DNA of 64,000 nt from assembly GCA_013265495.1 (NCBI GenBank), contig MU058009.1, positions 436,001 to 500,000 on the forward strand, given 5' to 3'. Of this stretch, positions 10,491 through 23,375 are shown in pieces. This DNA is from Vicugna vicugna (Eukaryota). Every line of letters starts with the position of its first letter. The stretch's first letter is position 1. The notes beneath the pieces were generated by a model, which saw only the letters and a program-made list of their open reading frames with translations, made no database searches and was not told the DNA's origin. The position numbers and the translations under genes were made by a program.

Positions 10491-12339
10491 GCAAAAAAGC
10501 GAAATTCCAAATATAGGTCAGATCACATGTCACAGTCCTGAATGAAACACTAGGATCCTCACATATAAAGATGGTCCTAGACTCAGAGTAGAAGGAGGAA
10601 CCTAGCAAATTGGTGGGTTGGATTCTTTCTCACTGGGCTACTTCGGTAATAATTACTCAGAAGCCAGATCTTGTCTAAGACATGGGCTCAGAATTAGAAG
10701 ACCCCTAACCTCCCTCTCCCATCCTAACGATCATCAGGGAGTCACTCTGGCGTAAGGCTGTCAAACCAACACAGAGAATAATGGCTCCACTTCCTCTGAG
10801 CTGAAGCACAGGTAGGCTGCAAGAAGCAGTCCTAGAAAAGATGTCAGCAGTCTCGGTAATGGTATCTCAGTGACAAACTGTTGAGATTAAAGGTGATTTC
10901 TGTCCACACCCAACACAATGTCTCGCACCGGAAGCGCCGTTCATTCTGCATGGGAAGACAACTGGCTGTCCATTTCCCACCACTCACTGTCTGCGGCCAG
11001 AATTACATCTTACCTCCCTATACTCTGGAGCCCGGAAGAGCTGCTGTTTTCAGAAATACATCTAGGACATAACCTATAGTTAAATGTGCAGTTGATTTAT
11101 CATTATCTTGGGTTACTTGGAATTCACATTATTTATGTTACCAATCCTGTCCCCAGACCTCTAAGTCACTGCCCATCATGCTTCTAACAAATAATAATCA
11201 TAAAAAAATCACATTCAACATTATATCTGGACATCATCTGTCTGAAAGGTAATAAGATACCGCAACTACAGTGATTGAAATGAAGGGAAAAGATTGTTAA
11301 TATAATAGAAGTTTCTACGGGCATGCTTTAAATCAATGTGCAGAAGCAATTTAAACAACCCATCCTGCCATCATGTTTAAAACACATTGATTTCTTTCTT
11401 TTTCCCCCTTGTGGTTTTTATCTCTTAGGCGGGTTTTCCCCTTCTTGTGGATTTGGATCGCAAGCCAAAGGAAAAGAAATGGCAACAAGAGGACTGGCAG
11501 AAATGACCTGAGTGACAGACTGCCCCTTTCAGAACATTTCTAATAAATCAAGAGGAAAAATAAATCTCTGCCCTAGTGCCACATTTGACAAATTGAAATT
11601 AAATTGCACCAACTCTGGGGAAACCAGGATGACCTGCTCTGATATTTCTTTCCCAAATTAATAGTTAACAGGCAAGAGAGGATATCTGAGGATTATGTTC
11701 TTAAAAGAATCCCCCTGAACTCTGATCAAAATGTGATTCTAGACCCCAAATTCATATCCAGTGTGGAGAGTGAATTCAGGGGCTAAAAATAAATATGGAT
11801 ATTTTTGCATAGACATGTATATGTATTTTTTTCCTTTAATTCTAAAATTATTATCTTGGAGAGAGTGGTAAATGGAATTTTTCCTAGCAGTGAATTTTTG
11901 GTGTTATCAGCTGTCAGGTTGGAAAAATATATGGCAGTAATAACGGGGGAATATATGATCCATAAATAAAGAAAAACGGGATTGTTTGGCATTATAAAGT
12001 TTTAATGCCTTTAGGTAGCAAAGACTCCAAACAAATCCCCTTCCTTTAAATCTTCTTACGCCCTCTTCAGACTGTGTCTCTCCCATTCCTCCCCCAAAGC
12101 CTATAAATGGTACTCTGGCTGGAGAGACCCTGAAGACCAAGAAGGAAAATGCACAGCCTCGCTGGCTCTGGGCGAGAACTGGGCTCTCCTCCTCTTGTAA
12201 GAGTCAGGATGAAGGACCTGTCAGGTTCAAGGCCAGCGACAAGCCACGAGAAAGTGCCCATGGCAAGAACTTTCACGGAAAGTTCCTTTTTATCTTTATT
12301 TCTAAGATTTCCATATGCTGCTGAAAAGAATGATCCAGA

Positions 12340-12470
12340 CCATGAACAGCATTTATCCATCAGCTACCACCTGCCAGGGTCAGGGCTGGGCGCTGTGTCA
12401 CCGGGGTGGACAGGTCACGGCATCTGTCTTCAGCGAGCTCACTGTCCTCAGTGGAGGAGACAGAGACGAG
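12340..12470 (-). mobile_element. L2 fragment
   Basis: aacagcatttat...ctaccacctgccaggg...gctgggcgctg...gagctcactgtcctcagtggaggagacaga. Confidence 0.6.
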
Positions 12471-13789
12471 GCTCTAGGGGGCTGCTGAAACAGCCTTGAA
12501 TAGTCATCATTCGCAACAAGTGCACAATGGACATTAGTTGAATGAGTGAATAAATACGTGCGAATGTAAGGTGGTCATTAATTAACTGGAAACGTAGAAG
12601 GAATTGAAATTTGTTGTTTTTTTGTTTGGGGGCTGGGGGTGGAGAAGGGGTCGGCTGTATAACAACGAAGGACCAGGGAGAAGAGGAGAAAGCACGACAC
12701 TGGTTCGGGAAAGCTGTTTTTCAGCATCACTTTTTATTATATATACATTTTAGTTTTTAATGAGAAGTCTGCCTTGGGTAAAAAGCTCATGATGAGTCAG
12801 CATATTGCAGGCAAACAATCCCAGGCCATTGTGCTGAGGTCTTTGCTGTGGTGGAAATGTGTTATCTCCCTGGAACATCCAGGCAGGCTCCACTGCTGTC
12901 ACTGTACAATTTGCATGCTTTGGTGATGTTTTATGTATTGTGCTACTTACACGCTGAAATGTACATGTGCGCGTCTGCAAATTTAGGTAAATTATGAATA
13001 AATTAAATCTTATCTAAATAAACAAGTGTCTTTTTGAACCAAAATGCAAGCTGTCATGAATATTTAAGTGGACAAGGATGAATCCTCTTCCTGCTGGGTG
13101 TCTTACAGAACGCTTTCTGTATTCTTGATTTCAGGAAGGGAAGTGCACACAGCGAGAGCAATAAAATCGACTTCTCACTGGGGACATGAACATTGAGAAA
13201 TCTTTGCGAGATTGATCCATTAAAAAATAAGATCCACTACCGAGATTAAATTATATGGGTGTCTCCCGACACTGGTAATCACTGCCTTCTCATGCCATTT
13301 TGGAGACAAGAGTTCTAGGGGAGAGTTATAATTTTTATCCTTCCTATTAGCAGAAAGGGGCAATTCATGTACATCACGGCTCCAGAAGGTACTGAAATCC
13401 AGTCTAGTTTCTTCTAGTTCATATATGATTTCTGGACAAATCTCACGGACAAGAGGACTGACTCATCTTCATCAAAATGGTCAGGAACGTCCCAGTGCCC
13501 AGGGTCACGTCCAAGGATCTCAGCTGATGTTCTGAGGCTGCACATGGGTGACGTGGCCATATTTCCCATCACTCACAGCATCTGAGGATCTGAGTTGAAA
13601 GGGCAGATGGGGCTGGGGTTACCAAGGAAGCAGCAGAGAAGTTTGCCGACCTTCCCCAATCAGGCCATCCGTCTGCAGCTCCAGGTTCTTGTCCTTTCTG
13701 TCCTTTCTGTTCCTTCTGTGTAGAGTGCCCTTGTCCTCTGTGTGTGTCTGTGGAACAGCTAAAGCTCTTCTCCAAGTCCTGGGTCCCGT

Positions 13790-14135
13790 CTCTCCCGGAG
13801 ACGGGCCTGAGCTCCGCAGGCAGACTGAGGTGTGTTCATCTGAGTGTGAGCCCCGACGAGGGCAAGGGCTCTATCTGCTACTTTAGCATCCCCAGTACCC
13901 AGCACAGGGCCAGGCACAGACATGGATTCAGAAGTGAATCCCCCTCTGGTGTCTGTAGCGTCCTGTGTAGATCCCTCTGTAGCATGTATCAGATTTCTCT
14001 GCTTCCTTATTTGCTTGCATGTTCGTCTGGCCCGCTAGATGGCTGTGCCCTCAAAGGCAGAAGTCCCATTTTATTGATCTGTATTCCCAGGGCCAAGCAC
14101 CATGAGTACTTGACAAATGTTTGCTGATTGAAAGA
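13790..14135 (+). mobile_element. Two consecutive L2 3'-end fragments
   Basis: catccccagtacccagcacagggccaggcacaga and ctagatggctgtgccctcaaaggcag...tgtattcccagggcc...caaatgtttgctgattga. Confidence 0.65.
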
Positions 14136-16842
14136 GAGTTATATCCATTACATTTCAATTAATTGCAGCAATAAAGCTGAAACTTATTCGCCCCTGTGTG
14201 CCCTACAATGTCATCTTCGTCCTTCAGAGCCATGCTCAGGGTCTAGGCATACTTTTAAATTACTGTTCATGGTGCTCTTTTTGATTCTGTCTGAAATGGC
14301 CAGAAAGGTTTTACTCTTACGCCCACTTACCCAACAACTGTCTTTTTTTCTACCTGGGTCCTGAAGGAAGAGACAAAGACTACATATATCATGAAGATGA
14401 GCCTTTGGGTTGAAGCAAGGAGGAATGAAAAGCAGTCCAAGGGAGTAACCCTTCCCCCTTTTTTCCCCCTTAGCCTGTACACCCCGCAGGCTCTGGGCCA
14501 GGAAGAATGGGGCAGGCAAGCAGCGGCGGGACGTGTCCAGGCTCCGCTGAGCTCTGCCGCAGTGAAGATGTAGGGCAAGGACAGACGGAGCACTCCTGGG
14601 AGTAGGTGGTGGGAAGGGGCCTTGTCGAGGCTGCCTGGACGGGGCTGGCCCGTGGAGGCTCGCCTGTATCCATCTCTGCATCTACAACAGGACTGAGACA
14701 GCACATCCCACCATGAAGCTGAATCTGGTTTGCCTCGTGCCACATGGCTCCGTCTTCTCAACTCTCTATGTCTGAGCTACTGAAGGACTTTCTTAAACTT
14801 GTTTTAGGACCTGACTCTCTTAGTCATGAGAAAACTGCCCCCTACTTTGAGTCGGGTCTCTCGGATTCTGGGACACACCTGCTTTTCCATCTACTCTGTT
14901 CCAGGTGGACAGACCAACATCTGCCGCTCCTTATAGGAAGCACTTATCCACTGGAAGACAGTGATTGCATTAGGGCTCACCCTCTTCCTTTACAGACTAA
15001 GTGCCCTGATGTCCTCTACGGGTCACCTGGGATCTAATCCTGGGATCTAATCCTGGGACCACAGCACAAGTGTGGGACTGATGGCCCCCCTTCTGGAGGC
15101 CGAAGAATCTGCAGAGCTTCATGGTCAGACCTGGCTCTGGTCCACACGTGATGGTTTCTACAATGAGGCTAAAGAACTCACCCCAGGAGGTGGCACAGGG
15201 ACGACGGAGCCACATTCAGGGGGCCCTGAAGGGCAAATTCTTGGTGATGAGGACACAGGTCTATTCTCAGAAACTGGACTACCACCCGCCAAAGGCCCAG
15301 TGTCCTTTTGGCCCCTGTCACAGACAGTCACTGGGCTGACCACGAGTCTGACTCAGTATGACACCCTCCAGCCGGACTGACAGCTGACCTCCCAGTCAGG
15401 AGAGAATAGGGGTTGAGTTCAGAAGGACCAACCATCACAGGTTTTTTTTTCTTTTTGAAAAGCAAGGCCTTTACTCAATGCTTTGAAGAACCTGCATGTT
15501 CCACAGACTCCCTGCCTCACTGTACACAACCCAGAGCCAAACTGACAGGCTGGCCCCTGTTTCTGGACAGAGGCATCCTTATTCTCCCCTGCCCTGTAGG
15601 ACAACACCCTGCATGGTCAGAGCAGCAAGAGGAGGCACAGAACAGCTCTCTGGGACCAAGATATGGTCTCCGAACCAGACAGAACCAAGAGGAAACACTA
15701 ACAGAAAACCCACTGGCACAGCTTAATGTGCGTCCCCACTGTACGGAAGGCAGGTGTTCAGGCCTGGAGGTGGTGTTCGCTCTTGCCTGGAGGTCAAGGG
15801 AATCTGGAAGATCCCCGAGTATAAAGGCTCCCGTGAGATGCTTCCGGAGAGAGATTTCGTGGAGGGTGTTGGAGTTAGTGAGCCCGTTCGCTCAGCCACT
15901 GATTACAAGGGGGAGCAACTCCTGCCCCGTCCCTGCATTCGACGTGAGTCTGCCCACTCTCATCCCCCAGGAATGTTCACTGCCTCGTGGGTTGTACTGT
16001 GGACAAGTGACCACCAGGGCGCTGACCACCAGAAGCAAGACCACGAAGCCTGGCAAAGACACAGGGGTCTCCAGGGGAGCCTCCTCCAAGAGGGTCTTCC
16101 TAGCCACCCCGTCCCTCCTGACTGGTGGGACCCCTCAATCAGGTGTGGCAGGAGACAAGCTTGCAAAACCCACTGATGTTTTCCAGCCACAAGCCCTTGG
16201 TGACAGGGGTCTGAGAGAGGAGAATGGGCATGGGGTGGGGGGCACTGCAGAGATGGAAAGAAACCAAGGTGGGGATGGCAAGTGGGCAGACCCACTGAGA
16301 GAGCCATGGGGCCGCCTTAACGCCAGTACGGCCTTTTCAGGGCTGCGTCTCTGGCAGGTGGCGGGGCTGGGATGCAGGCTTGGCACGGCCCAGCTGAGGC
16401 CCATCCGGGACCAGGAGGCTGACAGCTCGCCAGTAACCCTGGAACTTAACTTAATAAATCAAAGCTGACAACTCCTCCCAAATTGATATGAAAAGGCTCT
16501 TTAGTGTCCACAAACTGCTACGTTTTATCCATTTCACTTTCTAAAAGAAGAGATGAAGCGTAACCGTTTTTGTCAGGTAGCGGCAGGACCTCTTCCCTTG
16601 GCCACCAGTGAAAGGTGGGGTCCCTGCAGTCGGGCCTGGCCTGAGCCTGGGCCGGAGGAGTCGGAGTCCAATGGCTACTGACACGGTGACAACAGCCACT
16701 GTCTGCAGGGCACTTCGCAATTTCCGGAGACATCTCACCCATATTAGCTCACTTGAGCTGCACTGTCGGGTGGATTTTATTATCTCCACGTTTCAGGGGA
16801 GGAGCTGGAGGGGGAGAGAGGAGACTGCTGGGGTCTTGCTTC

Positions 16843-16861
16843 CCTGCAGCAGGGGGCGCCT
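16843..16861 (+). promoter_or_regulatory. Candidate CTCF site
   Basis: ctgCAGCAGGGGGCGCc has one mismatch to CCASYAGRKGGCRS. Confidence 0.4.
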
Positions 16862-18336
16862 GCCTTCTGGATGGGGATGGACCACTGGGGGAGCCTCCTC
16901 TTCCTCTGGTACCTCACTGCCCTGGCTCAGGCGCCCTGCACCTCCCATGGTGACCATGAGCTACCCACGCACACTGACGGGGGTCAGGGGCTGGGAGGGA
17001 GTGGATGACTCCCGGCCACCATCCCTGCTGCCAACAGAGGAACAGTTTCGCCAGGACTCCAGAGGACAGTATTTCGGCTAATATTTATTACCAAATTCAA
17101 AAGACGGACTCAGGGGTTGAAATGTTGGGTCCGGGAATCTAGCCCATGAGGGCCCCACCCTGCACAGGGGAGCAAGGCTAAGAGACTAGGGCCCCCGAGG
17201 ATTCTGATCAGGAGAAACCTTCATCTGGTTCACCAGGAGACCCCCACACCCAAAGCCAGGCCACGGAGGCGGGCAGATCGGAAGACAAGGGGATAACACA
17301 GACCCTGAACCACATTGATACTACAAGCCGAGTCAAACACAGGGCAGTGCTGGCTGCTGGAAGTTCAGGTGACTGCTGTGACCAGCCCACGTGGGGTCCC
17401 TGGGTGCCCCTCCCTGAAGGCAGCGGGGCCTCAGGCTGCCTCTGGTAGGAGCTCCGAGGGCTGGGAAGCGGAAGGATTCTGTACAGAGAAGGCTTTGATC
17501 TCAGATCCTTGTGTCCGTGTCCAACTGCACATGGACCAGACTGCCAGTGTATGTACTGAATGAAAGGGCTGTGTTTTGGAAATCTGAGTGTGTGGGTCCT
17601 TGGGCTGTGCTGCCCCAGATGACATGCTGATGGTACAGTAGGAAAAGCCCTGGACTGGGGGTCACAGCATCACTTATAAACGGCTGGACCTAAGTAGGCT
17701 GTTGCAGACCTTTGGGGGACACGTGTGATGCGCCCATGCAGGGAGGCACCTCTCCCCATGGCTGTGTGGAAGCTTGTTCAGCACATCACTTCGGTGCCAC
17801 ACAAACAGATATTTATGGTTCAATTCGAGGAAGTGATGAATTGTTGGAGCTACTTAGGGGGAGATGGTCTGAGAGCCACCCCGGGTCACATCTGCTCCCT
17901 TCTCCCGCCCTGCTCTCAAGCCACGAGGTTTGTTTCAGCCAGAGACAGTGCTGGCCAAGGAGCCAGCACTCACCCGCCAAGGCCAAGGTGCCTATTTTCA
18001 GGTCACCCACCCTGTCTCCCCTGTGTGGGTCTCTCTCTTTTCTGGCCTGTAGGCTGCAAATGGTGGACTCAGGCTCCCGGCGAGAGTGATAAAGATGTCC
18101 TGGCAAGGAGGCAAGCTCTTTCTTCGCTTGTTTTTGATGGGACAGCATAAAGCCAGATCGTCCCTCTGAGCTCCCTTAGGGCCATGAATGTCCACGTGGG
18201 CAGGATACTCCAGCACATGGGTAGGGAGACGCACGAGCAGCCATAAATTAGCCCTCTGCACTGTGAGCAGGGTGGGCTGGCGGAGGCCTCGGCCGCCCCA
18301 CCTCCTCACCTGACCCCACTGCTTTCCATCTGACAT

Positions 18337-18470
18337 TCTTTTTCTGTTTGTCTTTTAAATTTAACTTTTATTGAAGTGTAGTTGATTCACAATGTTAGTT
18401 TCAGGTGTACAGCAAAGAGATCCAGTTATATATAGATATATACACACACACACATATACATACACATACA
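18337..18470 (-). mobile_element. Short L1 3' end (cetartiodactyl type) with (TA)/(CA) microsatellite
   Basis: ttttattgaagtgtagttgattcacaatgttagtttcaggtgtacagcaaagagatccagttatatata. Confidence 0.85.
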
Positions 18471-18534
18471 CAGCCATCCTTTTATAACTCACAACTTTTC
18501 GGGAGTTCTAGAGACGGGGAGGGGATGAAGTGAG

Positions 18535-19095
18535 TGGAACAACCACTGGGCTGGGTGAGACTCAGAAGGCCGTGGGTGTAGTCTCAGCTCTGCCATTTAC
18601 AGCCATCTAGCCTGGGACCAAACTGTCTAATCTCCCTGAAGCCTGTCTGTAGAACGACATGCTCTTCAATGAGCAGGCAGGAACGGGGCCAGCGGCTGTT
18701 CCCGAGAGCCTGCTCTGTGCCACATACCATACACACAAACTTCCTCACTTCTCACCACAGCCAGGAATCCCAGTCCTGAGAGAAGAAGTCATTTGTGTGA
18801 GGCATCCCAGCTTTGAGACCCCAAAGCCTGAGCCCTCTCTCCTTTGATGCCATGAGCTGAGAGCGTCACTGATGCAATGATCTGGTGACAGCAGAGAAAG
18901 AAAGCACCTTACGAATTCAAATTCAAGACCCTCTATCTGAGCTCAGAGTATCTGCTGGGCTTTTATGATTGATTCATTTTCAACGAAGAAACTGAAGCAT
19001 GAAGGTTAAGGCCCTGAGCTAAAGGTCCCACCACAGCAAGGCAGTGCAGGCGCTGAGCCTGGTCAGACGTGTCTCCTCCATCTCAGAGTCTGTCA
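18535..19095. mobile_element. Cluster of three MIR fragments (+, -, -)
   Basis: tctcagctctgccatttacagc; ttctcaccacagcc; cattttcaacgaagaaactgaagcatgaaggttaag. Confidence 0.55.
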
Positions 19096-19101
19096 GCACA
19101 G

Positions 19102-19361
19102 TTGTGTGCGTGACCCCCTTTTACTCTCATGTCAACTTTACGGTATACCCATCAGGATCCTCCATTTACACTGAGGGCCATGAAGCTCAGTGGACTTGGG
19201 AGTGCAGGGGCCATGACTTGTGGTCCACCCAGACTCTCGGCATCCTTCTGCTGGTCCCATGTGCCTTCCCTACCCACCTGTGTGCTTTGTTTCTACTGGT
19301 CCGCACCTGCAACTCTTCGGGCACCACTACCCCTGGGCCCAGGGAGACGCTTGGCCCCACT
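19102..19361 (+). repeat. 260-bp dispersed direct repeat, copy 1
   Basis: Ungapped match to 20964-21223 with 5 mismatches. Confidence 0.97.
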
Positions 19362-20609
19362 TCGTGTAACTCTGGCAAGTGTTTTGTGTTGTTGCTATTT
19401 TTTTTCTTAAATGGGAAAAAAATTTTTTTCCTTTTCCCAAATGCTATCAATTTCAATCAAATTATGTATATTGCAGAACCAAAAAAGGATGCTTAAATTG
19501 CTGTGTTGTGGGTTTCTTTCTTTTTTTTTTTTCTTTGCTTTCTCTCAATCCTTCCACTCAGTTTCTTGAAGAATTAAGGTTGGGTCCTTTCAAATGTAAA
19601 TTAAGCAATTTGCAAAATATGTATTTTGGCATATAGGCAACTTGGCTTTCCAAACAAACTGGAGTTTTATTGATTCTGTGAACTGCCATCTCCGGGAGTT
19701 ATCTTGTGGCCATAATTTGAGTCTTTAAGATGAGGAATTGCTTTCATTTGCACTAAGCAGGATATTCTGCTTTTATCTCACCCCACTCTCCATTTCTGGG
19801 TGTTTTAATGGGTAAAAGAAGTGATGTCAGTCTTAATGTGCTTTTCATGAGTTTAGTTTCTCAAATGTTACCTTTACCATTTTGTCCATTTTCCTTAACA
19901 TTAAAACAAAATTTGATACCACAAAAGAAATTAAGACAGGAAAAACATCCGCCTGCCACAGAACTGGGGGCTCATCCCCCAGACTTCCTCCGACCACCTT
20001 TGGGTAAGGTCTAGCCAGACATGGCGTGATCAGCCCACCTTGGGGTGATGGCCCATGTTTTCTTCCCTCTCACCACCTCTGCTGGCACCTGGGCTCTCCT
20101 GGACCTGGTCCAGGCAGTGGGCGGAGGCAGGGCCTGTGGACCCCGCAGGAGATTTGGAGGCACTGAAAGATGTCCTTGCCCCCAAAACATCTGCCACAAG
20201 AGCCCCTCCTTCTCTTTGCCTTAAGCCTGCTGTTTCCCAGAGTTGGTCCTGGAATAAAAGTGCCTCAAAATCTCCTTGAAGAAACAGTCCCAGGGCTAGG
20301 TAATTTTGTAGAACACTTCATAGGGTACCTACCAAGATGCACTGGACTACACCGAAGACGCTGGCAAAACGGTAAGGACGCCTGTTTAACTTTACCTAAA
20401 CCACAGTATTCACCAAGATCTCCACTGAGATGCAAATACATAACTAGGCTGGGGTTTAAGAACCAAAGATAAAATCTATCAACCTCACGACTCTGCTTCT
20501 GCATCGGAACGTGGGAGTTGGGAACAAGTGAAGACAAGATGGCCTTTAAGTTTTTTCCCACAGTATTTAATTAAACGGCTTGATGTTTCTAAATGTTAAA
20601 GATGTTAAA

Positions 20610-20860
20610 ATATCTTTTTTAAAATAAAAATAACACTTGCTCATGATAGAAAAATCAGGAAAGTTTAAAGACAAAATAACAAATAACTCATAGTTCCAAT
20701 ACCAAGAGATAATCACTATTAGCATGTTGAGCATTTTCTAATAATGCTGTATCTATAATATATACACACATATATTATATATGTAAGATTTTTATAAAAT
20801 GGCGAGACACAGATCTATATACTGAATTTTTTTCCTACTTAACATTACGTCACAAGCACT
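20610..20860 (-). mobile_element. Old L1M (L1ME-like) 3' UTR fragment
   Basis: aactcatagttccaataccaagagataatcactattagcatgttgagcat...tttttcctacttaacatta. Confidence 0.55.
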
Positions 20861-20963
20861 CAATTTCTTAACTGAGTGGCACTGTTGACAGCAGGTGGGA
20901 AACCTGACAGGTGAATGGGAAAGAAGGTTGCTGACAGTACCTGTGCCCACAGGTGTGGAGCGT

Positions 20964-21223
20964 TTGTGTGTGTGACCCCCTTTTACTCTCATGTCAACTT
21001 CACGGTATACCCATCAGGATCCTCCATTTACACTGAGGGCCGTGAAGCTCAGTGGACTTGGGAGTGCAGGGGCCATGACTTGTGGTCCACCCAGACCCTC
21101 GGCATCCTTCTGCTGGTCCCATGTGCCTTCCCTACCCACCTGTGTGCTTTGTTTCTACTGGTCCGCACCTGCAACTCTTCGGGCACCACTACCCCTGGGC
21201 CCAGGGAGACACTTGGCCCCACT
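20964..21223 (+). repeat. 260-bp dispersed direct repeat, copy 2
   Basis: Ungapped match to 19102-19361, offset 1862 bp. Confidence 0.97.
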
Positions 21224-22417
21224 GTTTGCCCAAACTTACAGAGAATGGGGAATGCCCGATAGTGTCTATGCTCTGTGGGACCCTTAGTCAGTGATCGGTG
21301 GGGGAGGATGAGTGTTTGCTGAGATGCGTAATTAACATTCTGGGGCTTCTTGGCAGGATCAGCGGGACTGAGTCTCCGCCTGAAGTCACCCTCCTGCTTG
21401 GCTTCTTCTCCATCTCTATCTGCTGCCCCTTCTCCTTCCTGTCTCTCCTGGGAGCACTTGTTCAGGAATCCTTGCTTCGGGGCTGCATCTGGGACTCTGA
21501 CCTGAGACAGGTATTTCCTTCACGGTCATGTCTTTCGTAAGCAGCACATCCAGAACTCAAATGGGGTCTTCCAGACCCAGAGTGGACACGTTTCCTGTCA
21601 CAGCTCCCTGCCTGATTCCCAAGGAGGCAGCAGACGTGGCGGGAGGAGGATCTCTGGGCAGACCTGCTCATCCAGGGTGCAGGGTTGGGCCTGGGTCCTC
21701 CAGCTCCACCGAGGGTGTGCATGGAAGGACGACAGGGGCTGGGGGCAGTGAAAGGCTCCGACAGGGAGGTGGAGAAGCCCTCTCTCCCATCCCCACCCCT
21801 CCACAGACCTGGGGGAAGTTAACCGGCGTTGGTGCCCCAGCCCTGCTCCAGACAGCCAAAGGGCACCGAGCTGGTGCTGAAAGTGGAATACGGAATAGAC
21901 ACGCAGAGCCTGCTGGCACCCGGCCGGGGCCCCACACAAACCCCCCCAGCCAACCGGGCCAAGAGGCTCCTGTATGAAAGCTCGAGAAATCTTACTGTGG
22001 GCCCATGCTGGGAAGCAATTTGGTCCATTTCAGCTATCATGTCATGGCAGCTAAATACACAAATAGAGACCAAACTTGTCCAGGGGAGCTTTCCTCTCAT
22101 TAACCTTGAAGGATGCCACACAGCCCGTCGAAGTCTGCTCTAGGGCCGGCTCTGATGAGAAGAGGCTGCCGGGCCCGATTCCATGAAGCAACAGGACTTA
22201 AACGGCGGACATCAGACTGCCAAATGCATTTCTCTCATTTACACTAGGGTTCCAGTGTAAACACTGAGAATGGGGCATGCAGGAGGGGGAGAAAGATGGG
22301 GATGAGGGGCCAGGTGCATGCTGCTTGCCACTGGGTGATGTTTCCCATCAGCAAAAGAGATTAATCTCTCGGTTCTGGCCTCCTAAGACATTAGCACATT
22401 CACACTCTCTGTTGCGG

Positions 22418-22456
22418 GCGTGCACGTGCGCGCACACACACACACACACACACACG
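22418..22456. repeat. Alternating purine-pyrimidine/(CA)n tract
   Basis: gcgtgcacgtgcgcgcacacacac...acg; a second RY tract lies at 22534-22566. Confidence 0.9.
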
Positions 22457-23114
22457 AGCCAGGTTGAATCTTCACCTGTCATCCACAAGGCAGATTCATA
22501 TTTTGGCTCTGATCACTTAGGAGGTTGGTCAGCTGTGCACACGCGTGTGCGTGCGTGTGTGTGTGTTCCATTCGGACTCCGAGAAGCAAGAGGGGCAGAG
22601 TTGGCTGTGCTGGACGACGTACAAACCAGCCTGTGTACAGAGAGCAGATACGCAGCGTCTTCTGCAGAAGGATGCTGAGGGAAAGGCTGTTTTCAAACCC
22701 AGCCCAGTCACAGTTCTATTTATAGCTGGAGAGGCAGGGTGTCAGGCTGCCGGGATGGACTGTGGCTTTTGCTGGGATAAGGGTTCAGGAGGGAAGCATG
22801 GTTTAAGCAAGGCTGCTGCACTGCTCCTGGCTGGGGTTCCCAGGGTTGGCCACAGGGCCACAGTCTCTCAGGACAGAGGCCTCAGCCCCTGAAGACTCAA
22901 GCTGTGGACAAGGATTCTGGTTTCCCTCAAATTTACACTCCGAGCTGTTGGGGTGCAAATACCCTTTGAAGAAAGTCATGCAAGGACAACAGTTGATTTT
23001 TTCTCGGCTACCCTGTAGGCAGAGCCTTGGAAAGGAGACTTTATACAATCTCAAAGCAAAGAGTCTTGTCCCTGGCCCTCAGATAGGAAGAGGGGAGGAG
23101 AGCCAGCAGCTGAA

Positions 23115-23375
23115 AAATAATCGTCATGATAGTCGCAAATACTCACATGCTACTTATTCCGAGTTAGGTGCTGTCCCCCACGCTTTATACATACTAGTGA
23201 ATTTAACCCTCACAGTGGGCCCGTGGGGGAGCTCCCATCAGTATCCCTATTTTGTCTCATGAGGAAACTCAGGTGTGGAAACTCACGCAAAGCTGCAGGG
23301 CTACGTTCAGCAGAGCTGGGTGGGGAGGCAGACAGTCTGGTTTTAGGCTCTGCTTCTAAGCGTTGGGGCTACATA
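23115..23375 (-). mobile_element. MIR SINE
   Basis: aatttaaccctcacag...tatccctattttgtctcatgaggaaactcagg...cagagctggg. Confidence 0.8.

Noticed and set aside
19044..21287. Near-identical ORF pairs suggesting paralogous genes
   Set aside because: By-product of the 260-bp duplication; the ORFs diverge completely outside it
21873..21881. GGTGCTGAA RE1 half-site
   Set aside because: No partner half-site at a usable spacing
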